From: Phoronis australis | Lineage: Eukaryota > Animalia > Phoronida | DNA length: 40,071 bases | Direction: 5' to 3' | Assembly (NCBI GenBank): GCA_002633005.1 | Contig: NMRA01000844.1 | Location: forward strand, 48,049 to 88,119 | Part shown: piece after piece, positions 26,520 through 37,268 of the stretch | How the letters are laid out: every line of letters starts with the position of its first letter | How positions within the stretch are numbered: the first letter of the stretch is position 1 | Notes under the pieces: model-generated | Databases searched by the model: none | Told to the model about the DNA's origin: nothing | Seen by the model: the letters and a program-made list of their open reading frames with translations, nothing else | Position numbers and translations under genes: made by a program

Positions 26520-27283
26520 TCTCTACTTGCTACTGCCCCACAGCGTTGTTGCATGTAGAGTGTTGCTGGGCATTATGCAAATGGTTATAAATCGGTTACC
26601 TGATGGGTTAATCTACCTCAACTCGGGTATTTGGGCGTGTCTGGAGGGGCTAACTAGAGTTGTCTGGTAGTGCTTATTCGTGATACTCGGGGCTGCGATG
26701 AATATTTGTAACTGGTTTCGTGCGGCTACCTCTTGGATTGATTTAGCTCAAATTTAGCCCTTTTTGATAATCGTCTGGCAAGGGCACCCCACCGCAGAAA
26801 TTGTTTGGCAACTAACTTTTGTGCCATCGTGCAATTGGTTTTGATGGGTCGTTCTAGTTCAATTCTGGTATCTGGGCGTGTCTGGCGGGGGTAACCCACC
26901 ACTAGATTTATCTGGCAGTGTTCATACGGTGACTATTTTGCGACTGGTTTCAAGCGGTTACCTCTTGGATTGATCTAGCTCAATTTTTGTACCCTGTATA
27001 TGTTCATATGGCGGTTAGTCCTCACCATTGAAATTGCCTGGCAGTGTCCAATTTTGATACATTGGATTACGTAGTAGGTATCCAAGGCAGTTTGAAGTGG
27101 TTACCAGAAAAGTTGATCTAGCTCAATTTTCGAGTGCCATTCTCTTGGCTCCCCTGACCACACCGACCAGAGCGAACCTGCCTGACGGCCATTTCCAAAC
27201 ATCAAGATACCCATAGAGCACTGTGGCACCAAAGAAAATTGGTTACCTTTTCATACCCAAAAAAGCTCTAAGATCCCTGTCTA
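26520..27283 (-). repeat. Right TIR of the Academ element, with about five subunits
   Basis: GGTTACC-N7-TTGATCTAGCTCAA-like cores at ~26594, ~26724, ~26850 (degenerate), ~26956 and ~27099. Confidence 0.85.
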
Positions 27284-28299
27284 TACATGTATGAGCAGTA
27301 CTAAGAAAATGAGGTCAGTTTTGTTGGCGGTAAGTTGAATGGCTAAATCTTGATTTGAATAAATAATCGAAGGCTGGAGCATGTTTGGAGATGGTCACAT
27401 ATACATCTCGGCACCATGCTTTGTACCATTTCGTGTAGCAAACTCAAAAACTTAAAATGTGATTCCTGTTTCAAAATAACCCAACAGGAGAAACGAAAAA
27501 CAACCCTTAAGAATGATTCCATATAAAAACCGTATGAAAATGAAAAATAACTATATACTCAAAGTTTCACGCACAGCTAACATTTTGTGCATGTGTTGGG
27601 ATGCTGGCCCAAAGTACACTGCTGAAATATTTGCACTCAATGACCTTTGGTTACCGAGATATGACCTATTTGGCTATAAAGGCATATTTTGCATTTTTTC
27701 ATGTCAGTAAAACTGCTCTTTTGGAACGGTAAAAGATCAAACTTGGAAAACTGTGGACAAAGTTTGACATTGATGGTCATAAAGACTTACGTAAGGTTAG
27801 TAAGAAAATGAAATTTGAAATTCATAGGAACATTTAAATTTCCAGCAGGGGAGAAAAATCCAAGACCACTTTTCGGGCCAGTCACAAGTGGCAAGATGTT
27901 GCTTAACCTGCCTGCTATATCGGAATATATTTCAAGTTGAAATTCTCTGTGTAGACACTTCTAAGACTGATCTTTGGTAGTTGTTCTTAAAAAAACTTGT
28001 TTCTTATACATTTAGTGCTAAACGTGGCCCTCGAAGTTGGGCATTTTGTGATATGACCTTACTCTGACCGACAAGAGAATTGAGGCTACTCTTTTAATTC
28101 AGAGATATCACCTAAAATATATGATCTAATATCAACAATGCAATATCACAGAAATTTAAGTTTCACTTTTGAGACCCCAATTTTCTGAAACATTCTGTTC
28201 AATTTTACCAGTAGCATTTTAGGGTTCGAAATTACATGCACTTCCTATCAGTGCAAAAATAGGGAGGAATTTCCTTCTTGTACATTTGGTCAATTTTCG

Positions 28300-28650
28300 T
28301 TACTAAAGTGGGATCGCGGAGGAAATGTGGCCTTCATTAGCTGTGTTAAAGACGTCAGAAGTCATCTGAGGTCGTGCAAAGTACCACAGAAGTTTGAAAG
28401 TATATTGGAATTACAGTTGATTCTTGCCAGAGCTGAATAGAGGAGGCAGGACTGGCAAACAAATGGAAATGCGTCGTTATATGTTTTACACAACGACATG
28501 AGTTTGGACTTGGCTTTAGACAAAAGTTGACGTGCTGTTATCCAGAGCACATCTAGAACGAAGCGGAAGATTGAACGGGGCGTTGACTTTCGCATGTCGT
28601 AAAAGATTTTTTGCCAGTTTGATTTCTTACTCTCTGTTGGTGCAAGTAAG
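28300..28650 (+). pseudogene. Degenerate cysteine-rich coding remnant, probably the N-terminus of a DNA-transposon protein
   Basis: Across frameshifts and stops: SCVKDVRSHLRSCKV...ELQLILARA...ICFTQRHEFGLGFRQKLTCCYPEH...IERGV...LLSVGA|gtaag. It resembles N-termini of invertebrate TE-derived proteins; the family is not certain. Confidence 0.4.
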
Positions 28651-29609
28651 ATAGTAGCAACTGCTAAAAAGGTACTTCTTATTTATCACAACTGTTGGCC
28701 TGGGTCAACAGGTCATATTTTCAGTTCAGAATATTGTATTAGCTGTCGCTGACAACTTTCGACTTACTGACTGCCCAGGTACACAAACCTGATAGGCCTA
28801 TCCGGTTAGCCGCACGGGTTAGGATGGACTGCTGGAGTTTGAAAATTGCCACCCTGTTAAAATCGTGATGAGACCACGAAAACGCAAGTACATGTACCAT
28901 ACTTGTGCAACAGGTGACCCATCTTTATACACATCTTTAGTACATGTGACTTGTGAGAGCTGGTGAAATCGTCACCAGATTTGCCATTCCACTAGTTTGC
29001 TCTGGTCGGCATTGAAGCTAGTAGATTATGCCAGAGCAATAATGGCGACCATCCCTGAGGTGATTGCTTGCCGTAATTTGTATTTTAATATTTACGTCAA
29101 AATATTTTCTAAGTATGGAAAAAAGCTCCACTCATGATTATACCCCACGACTCAAAGGCTGACAATACAGTTCACTTCCCTTTAAAATTGTAAAGGTAGT
29201 TGATCATAATTTTTCACTTATTCAGTACTTTTTGCCATGCAGTCATCTCTGACTTGTCGGTCAGCCGTATTCAGATGTGCACCTCACCAGTTTCTGAATA
29301 GAACACGGGTTTTTATGAGCCAACATGACAGAGGAAGCCAAATTTTGGATGGATACAACAACTGGTGTGCCCCCTAGTGGAACTCCTAGTTTTATACATT
29401 TACCTCTGCATCTTCAAAGCTCCTTATCGGGTTTTCAAGAAATTTGGCACATAACAATCTATTATGGAGATGTCGTCATCCTCCCATTTCAGTTCGGATG
29501 TATTTGAGGTATTTTGTTCCACCCAGTGGCCATTTTTACTGTTTTCGAGTCTGCCCCTCTATCAAACAAACCATCCATAGAATGATTGTGAAAATTGGCA
29601 TACATGTTT

Positions 29610-30350
29610 TTAATGTGAAGATAATGGTTGACGATAACCTTCCGACGACTTTGACTCCCGCTAGTGTCAGTTTTGTTTTTTGTAGCGCTCAATGGCTGTT
29701 TCTACTAAACCCATTGCAGGATCTATATTCGATTTAGCAAGTGCATTTACATGAAGTTGAAAGCTGACGACGACGACTTTCAGACGGATCCAACAAACGC
29801 TGTGCCCCCTAGTGGCAATTTCATTTTTTTCCGTTTTCTCCTGTTTCTCTGAAGTTCCTTGATGGATTTTTATGAAATTTGGTAAACAGCTTTCCATTAC
29901 AGAAACGGCGTTGTTTGATGATTTGACATATTTTACGCCAAGGGCCATTTTTATTGTTTCCTAGTCTGTTCATGGCTTCCGCCCCTCAGTCAACCAAACC
30001 ACTCTAAGCATAGTGTGAAGAGAACGGTTAATGATGATTTTCCAACGACATCGACTACTGTGGCACTTCCTAGTTGCAGTTTTGTTTTTTGCGCCCATAG
30101 CTGTATCTTTTAAGCCCACTGCAGGATCTTGATTAATTCTAGTAAGTGTATTTATGTGAATTTAACCACGGACGACGATGACTTTCCAATGAGTCTGTTC
30201 CCCCTAGTCGCAATTTCATGTTTTTTTTTCTTTCCTCTTTTACTTCTAAGTTCCTTGGCAGATTTTTATTGGATTTGATACATACATGTAGCTTTCTATT
30301 AAAGAAACAATGACATTTTCCCGTTTTGGGATGGATTGGACGTATTTTGC
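29610..30350. repeat. Diverged ~400-bp direct repeat within a larger repeat element (~29310-30400)
   Basis: Blocks cagttttgtttttt, ccca.tgcaggatct, gacgacga.gacttt and cccctagt.gcaatttcat occur at ~29620-29830 and again at ~30020-30225. Confidence 0.65.
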
Positions 30351-33300
30351 GGTGTTGTGTGGAAATGCATCATACACTAAACCTAGTATACCTTCACAAA
30401 CTGTGGTCCGCCGCATGAACAGAATTGTGTTTAACTGGTAAGTCGCAACTTAAATACTGGTTTGGAAAGCCGGTAACTTGGATATAAATGAAAGTATTAT
30501 GTTTTCAATCGTAAATATCCGTACACGTTATTTTTCTGAAATTGCAAATTCCATTGGTGCACTGCCACCATGCTCGGCCGCTTTTGTGTAGTACAAGAAG
30601 CATTGCGTGACCCTTTGTATGTCCAATAGCACGACAGTTCTGCTCGTATCCATCGTCCTCTTTTCACTAGTGATCTCGAAGACTTTGATTATTTTTAGTA
30701 TGAACTTTGCTAATAGTTTGAGAGGACTTTTTCAAGCGCATGTACAGGGACTTGTCCAGGAGGTCTGAAAATGGACCAGCATGTACTGCAGGCAGTGCCT
30801 GGGATTCTTAGTCCGTTACGGTGTTCAAAAACTGCACCAATCAAAGGGGAATTGGCACCTATCAAAACTGACTTTTTGAGTTCAGTAATCCTATGATAGA
30901 TTTTTATTTTTGCACCAGCAAAACTGAAAATCCTCGAAGAAAAATTCTCATACAGCTCCCATGATCTCCTTCATCACTGATGTAGCAAAATGAATGATAT
31001 TTGTTCTATTTGACAGCTTGGTCGGCAGATAATTGCACAATCGAGTAGCGCCTCCTAGAGTCTTTAAATCTAACTGACAGTGAGCAGATTGGAAGGAAAG
31101 TGTGTGAGTTGCATGTATGTAAAAAACTAACTGTACAAAAACTATGAAAGAAACAAGATTTTTTTATTCTTGCGTTGGGCGGAAAAAAAAAACAGCAGTA
31201 ACAGATGGAGGTTAACTCATGTTCCAAAAGAATCCGATATAGATTTGGGAGAGCGATAAAAATGTGTAAAAATGGCCTTAATAATAAGCAGTGGAAATGA
31301 CATTTTTTTAAGGTAAAATGGGAGGACATAAAAATTATTCAATCCATCCGAACTAATTTTTCTTGTATGTTATTCTTCTTTCTGCTATGTAGTTATTTTT
31401 TCTATAGCGAGAAGCGATAATGTGCTGTTGCTGACAAAAATTCACCTACTTCCCAGTACTTGTATTTTGCTATTTTTCAGAAAAAGTACAAAGTGGTCGT
31501 AAAAAGGGTACAAAAAATTCAGGCTCAGGTTTCTTTTGACAAGGCCAGCTGATGTTCTAAATTTCAAAAAATGGTGATTTTGCATATATAGCTCACCATC
31601 TGGTTTTTATATGAAATTGCTCTTAAACTAGTGCAATTAATTATCGCTAGCGATATTCCTTGGGTAAAAAGCCTCCAAAAAGAACTAACGCAAAGTCGTC
31701 CCGTGGTACATACATGTAATGGAATCGAGGCTTCTAAAGTTATTTTTACCACAGTCGGAAGAGCAGAAATACACTGTACATCGTCGCACACTGCCAAAAA
31801 AACTCCATGTTGTTTCAATGTCGTATGCTGTGTTCTCATATCCCTGTGTATTCTAGCTGTGCACTTCATAACTATTTTGTCGATGGACTGTGACGCCAGA
31901 ATTTATAAAGTGACTGACCTATACCAGTGGATTAAGCTGCTTACTCGGAACCGGGTACTAGTGGTTGAATGTTATCAGTAGCCACAAATTGCTACCTGTT
32001 CACAATAACCTCTTATTTCAGTCACCATTTCAACCTCCGCCGGTAGACATCAATTTCATCCTGATTGCCACCATTTTCGCACCATGCCACCAATTCTACC
32101 TTTTTGCGAGCGGTACCTCTGCTTAGACGACCGAAATTGAAACACTACGTGACCCCACGTTTTTTAAAGATTTGTTGTACGCAAAGTTTAACGAAAAAAC
32201 GCAGGCTGTGAAAAAAAAGCATTATACATTAAGATTGTGCCGATCACTCATAACGACAATCGGTAGGCAATGCATTTTAGAAACTGAACTTGCCTATGTG
32301 ACATGTGTATGGAAAACTATTTGTATGAAACACTTGTTTAATGTTATTTCAAACCTTATTTAGAGGCCTCTATTCTAACTCGTACATCAAAAACTAAGCT
32401 GTGTCAACTAGCAAAAGTAGATATTTTCTGAAAGACAAAAGATCAGGAAATATACAAATATATTTTACAATTATGTATCATTATTATTATTACGTAAACA
32501 TCTTTATTTAATTCAAAATCTCATTTTTAAGAAAGGAACATCCATAGCAAAACAACCCCTCTGTAAATTTCAATAAAATCTTGTTTAAATGAGAACTACT
32601 CCAAATACCTCAAATCGATGCTAGGAATTTTCGATTAGTCCTTTCGTTTGGTTTATATAACAAATCAAATCGCAAAACCCGGTAAGGAATTTCTGTAGAA
32701 AATAGAAGTCGTATTCGTCTTTGCTACATTTCGACAAAACTAGGTATTTTTGTCAAAAATCCTAAAAGGGCCTTTGAGGTTGATGAATAATTATTAAGTT
32801 TGGAAAGTTTCAGCGAATTTCACCAAGCTGTTTCGAGAAGACGTGTTCCTGAGTTCAAATAAAGTCGGTTTGCCGAAGCCGAGGAGAAGCCGATTAAATT
32901 GTTACGCGTGAAAATCTTAAAGTCTTCAGTGAAAATTTGTTTTTGGTCAATATAACCTATACGTGCCTTAACCATGTTAGCTATTTCAACATTCACTCAC
33001 AATGTCAACTGAATTTGTGGTGTGTAATTAACTTTCATTAACGCGTACCGTCCTAAGCCATGAAATTTGACCACCATTGCTATTAACGTATCACGTGCCT
33101 AGAGACAGATAAGAAACCCTGTAAGAAATGGATGAAAAAATGGACTCAGTGGTTAAAGAATGTCGTTAGAGATTGAAATAGCGAAATGTCAAATTTGCGT
33201 AAAGATTTATTTCTTTTCACAACTTGCTGTGTTCATGACAACAGAGGCGTGACACACTCGTACCACTCTTTCTAAACGGTCGTATGCATGTAGACTACAG

Positions 33301-33918
33301 CTGTCTCAGGATCACATGCTTTGTACCTGCCGGGAGATTCGCTTTGAGTGACCGCCTTGTAACATTTGACATCAGATAAGTAGTAAACGGGTTGTGCATT
33401 TCCAAGGTTGCTCTGAATATGTGGATTAGTTGATGCCGAGTGGCACATTTTGGCTCTACGCTTTCTGTGAATGTTGGCGTTCGAACTAGGAAAATCTGGA
33501 GGTATCTGTTCAATTTAATGGTTTTGATGTCACCAAATGTTACTAGTGAACTTGTTACGGTCGCAGATAAAATTTTTAAAGGAGAATACTACCCAAAAAA
33601 CAACCTATTTTGTATCAATTTAGATTGAGTAGTTCTACTCGATAACGGTACGTTCGGTTGTGTTACCTGACACCTGACGGCAGACGGAGGTGTCGAAATT
33701 ATCCAATGACGTCATTGGTTTCACACGCAGTCTGTTCAGCAGTTCACAACACGGGTTACTGATGTCAGCTCATCGCTTGAATTCATCGTTTAACACCAAT
33801 AAATCATTAAACTTCGATGTAAACCCTTAACAAAGTTCGGCCGAACAATTTACCAAGGTTCGTTGCAGTAGGTTGGGGTCTGTTCGGAGATAAATTCGAA
33901 GTATTCTTCCGTGAAATA

Positions 33919-34153
33919 CATGCGTGCAACCAGGCGAGGGGGGCAACCAGGAGCGAAGTGGACAAAAAGGTCCGCCTCGGAGAAACAAAAAAGTCCGACA
34001 AAACGAGACAAAAAGTCCACTAAACAGGCGCAAACGTACAACTCGCAGCTGTGGCCGTGGTACCCCGTTTTTTAGTCCTGCTTTTGTCTGTAAAAGGTCC
34101 ACATGGTCGAAAATTTGAGCCCCCACCCATATTAAAGGCTGGGTGCGCGCATG
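33919..34153. mobile_element. Another copy of the CATG-ended MITE, nested in the Kolobok-like element
   Basis: CATGCGTGCAACCAG...CTGGGTGCGCGCATG with internal similarity to 6921-7182 (gcgaagtg, gagaaacaaaaaa, aaaacgagacaaaa, ttttagtcctgc). Flanks are AAATA/ATATA. Confidence 0.8.
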
Positions 34154-34957
34154 ATATACAGACAGGAGAACCTAGATCCGTGTTGTTTAGACTTGTGATT
34201 TTTTTAGTTCTAAACACACACGACGCTTGTTATCACTCCCAGTGGCTCGGAACCCGATCAGATGGAGTTGGAAATTAAACCTCCGGTCACGAAAAGACTA
34301 TAATAGTGAGCCAAAGAAATAAGGTGCACGTAATCATTGATGAAAATTAGTCACGAAACTGGAAATCTACTTACTTGTTGGGGGCCGCGAAATAGCGTTC
34401 CCTTTCCACAGACCGTTAGGGCAAAGGTTGTACAGTAACAATGATTTGAATAATGTATTTGTATTTCTAAATAAAGATTCCCCTAACATATAACCATAGC
34501 ATATAACATCGAGTAAATATTTCAGAAGAGCTTACTGTCAGCAAACACTGAATTACTGTAGCATGCGCTCACACGGCCTCGGTGCGCGATAAATTACCTT
34601 AATTGTCGGCATCAAAAGCCGGTAACGCAGTGGTTTATTTAGTTGCTGACTTCTCAACATCTGCACTCACGAATACTGCAAAAGCATTACAAATTGTATC
34701 TATTGAGACAGACCTGGTCTCGGTTTCATACAAGCATTGATTAGGCTGAGAATAATTCATTTTGAAAAACAACGCAGAATAATAAACGTTTGCTAATAAA
34801 CGGCAACTCCCCCACGCCAATCCCGACTTAGTCAAGAGCTCAGGTGACGAATACTTCATGGGTCTGATCGTTAGGTTTAACAGGCCATCAGTTCGAACCG
34901 GAATACATTGATCAAGAGGCGCCGTGAATATGCACACGCAACGGAACGTATGGTTAG

Positions 34958-35192
34958 TTATTTGGTAAGTCGGAATTCGTCAGAGAAATCCCTGTCGAGG
35001 AAATGCCGGCCACAGACACGGAGATGTTTCACGGCCTCGTATTTGCTATTAACCGTGTACCTTTCATTCTTCACTACCGCGAACCACTTCCTAAGAATGT
35101 TGGGCTCTCAAGGAAGTCGAAAAAACGAGATACCCGCTTTCTTCGCAGCTTCATAGTTCGGACAAGCGCGATGCACCGCAACATAGCGGCAT
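34958..35192 (-). pseudogene. Degenerate THAP zinc-finger coding remnant
   Basis: MPLCCGA(frameshift)ACPNYEAAKKAGISFFRLP*EPNILRKWFAVVKNERY...LRVCGRHFLDRDF shows the THAP signature C..C / FFxxP / W / VCxxHF. Confidence 0.8.
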
Positions 35193-36073
35193 TAACTCTG
35201 CAGACGAACCACTGACGTCGCTGCGTCGTTTCTCATCTTCCTCACATGTTAACACGACACCTCGGCAAGATGAGGTCGACTGTATTAGAGGCGATGTGGA
35301 TATAGACCGACTAAGACGATAAAAAGACTAATTAAAACGGGGGGAATTCTCCTTTAAGTTAACTTGCTCTCAGATTTTTGACATGCTTGGCGTTATTCCG
35401 GAAGTGCCCGGCAGGCGGCCATATTGTATGGCAGTTGCATACCTTTCTCTGTATTCATTGTATAGTAAAATGTGCCTGTGCTCCACTGTATTTATTTTGT
35501 ATTTGAAGTTCCCCGAGAATGAAGATGAGGGATTTTGACAAATGTGAAATATTGTAAAAAGACCAAATTTTGTGATTAAGTTTGAGATATGCTTTAGCCA
35601 AATACTGTCCAAAACGTGCTGGTTAAAAGTGGGTATAGAATATGTTGACTTAATGACAGAATACGACAATTAATTAAACGGGAAATGACAATGAACACTC
35701 GGAGTATGTGCTTTCTGAAGGCTTGAACACGAATGCTTGTTGCGAATTAATAGTTCAGTAGCGTATTTTATTTCAAAAACCCAATGTCGTTTTAAGAATC
35801 TGCTTGCAATCGATCTGAATTGCCTAATCGTTTCATTTTTTTTTGCCTACAAAAAAGGTCTTGAAGCTATGTGCTTCTTGTAGGGGTGGGTGGACATCTA
35901 CTTGGCGATTGAAACCAGTTTACATTGTGGAAGTCCTTGACTAAAATGTTAGGGTCTAATCTACTTCGGCACAAGAAATAAGAAAAGGACACAATTCTGT
36001 GTTCGAGTGTGTACGTGTGAAGTCCCTTCATACTATATTAAAAATAAGGACATGGATGGTTTGATAATTCCAG

Positions 36074-36316
36074 TGCAGTGCAAAAACCTCTATGCCGAAG
36101 AGTATTGCTTACGATACGCACACGCTGGTCATTGCAAGAGTGACTGGATGATTATGAACTGTCTGCAGGCTTGCCAAAAAGTCATCTGCCGTGGCGGTTC
36201 ATGTCACGACAGCAGCCACGAATGTAGAATATTGGCGCCATATGGACATTGTATGCAGAATCCGGAGTTTATGATACCTTACTGCCAGAAAACTTGCTCA
36301 CATTACATTTGTCAAA
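36074..36316 (+). CDS. Internal exon: ShK domains 5 and 6 (probably same gene; gene continues downstream)
   Basis: Acceptor ataattccag| and consensus donor |gtaagt; 243 nt, phase 1-1. CKNLYAEEYCLRYAHAGHCKSDWMIMNCLQACQKVIC and CHDSSHECRILAPYGHCMQNPEFMIPYCQKTCSHYIC. Confidence 0.88.
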
Positions 36317-36949
36317 GTAAGTCCCACCAAGCACTCTAATTTTAATCGCGGGAATTATACGACGTGAATATTAAAGTTTAATATCAATTTCCACATATAC
36401 CTGTAAGCTTCTTATTCCGAGTTAAGTGTACTTTATGCACAAACTAAGAATTGTGTCTATTTTATGAAAAGTGACTTGCATGTATAGCTCTAAAAGATAG
36501 GAATTTAGTCTGAAATTCTCACCTCACGGTTACCGAAAAAAACTTCTTTAAGTACTTATGAGCGCATTACGCTTTTAGAATGTATAGAACATGCCCTATT
36601 CCTTATTTGCAGTCATGTGTATACTCTCAAGGACTTTTGTTCAAGTAAGTATTGTTTTTAGAATTGGTTGTGGGAAGCTTAAAACCAATTCTTCGACTTT
36701 TAAATGACGTAAGTCTTAAATCTGGTGCGGTATATTCGCGTGTACGAAGGCTAATTTGATCGAACTCGTTCAGTTGTTTTACATAAAACATTGAACCAAG
36801 GTGTCGTTTATGAAGAAACAATTTAACTGGTCTCTAAAATCATAAGTATTCATCAAATAGTTACCGCGGGATGAGAATTTCGACAAAAGGTGTTCAGGCG
36901 CGGTGTTCAGGCGCGCGTTAGCAATTGGCAACAAGATAAGCATATCCCC

Positions 36950-37254
36950 GCAATGTAAATAAATCCACACATGTATACATACATAGAATAAAGAGGTTTA
37001 TCCCACACACATAGAAATGTTTCTGCAATGTAAATAAATCCACACATGTATACATACATAGAATAAAGAGGTTTATCCCACACACATAGAAATGTTTCTG
37101 CAATGTAAATAAATCCACACATGTAAACATACATAGAATAAAGAGCTTTATCCCACACACATAGAAATGTTTCTGCAATGTAAATAAATCCACACATGTA
37201 TACATACATAGAATAAAGAGGTTTATCCCACACACATAGAAATGTTTCTGCAAT
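36950..37254. repeat. 75-bp minisatellite, 4 near-perfect copies
   Basis: Unit gcaatgtaaataaatccacacatgtatacatacatagaataaagaggtttatcccacacacatagaaatgtttct starts at 36950, 37025, 37100 and 37175. Confidence 0.97.
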
Positions 37255-37268
37255 ATCCCATATTGAAT

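Larger units (their letters stand above)
18871..27283 (+). mobile_element. Academ-superfamily (AcademX, XPG-nuclease type) DNA transposon, decayed
   Basis: 5'-TAG...CTA-3' termini: TAGAGCGGGATC at 18871, and the reverse complement of the right end reads TAGACAGGGATC. Long imperfect TIRs at ~18871-19400 and ~26520-27283. Internal transposase/nuclease pseudogene. Flanking triplets TGC/TAC could be a mutated 3-bp TSD. Confidence 0.75.
33580..35353 (-). mobile_element. Kolobok-like non-autonomous DNA transposon with THAP remnant
   Basis: TTAA on both sides (33576-33579, 35354-35357). Short TIR AGGAGAAT.C..CCC versus GGGGGGAATTCTCCT. Contains a decayed THAP ORF. A TTAA TSD, RR..YY termini and a THAP domain fit Kolobok. 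Confidence 0.65.
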
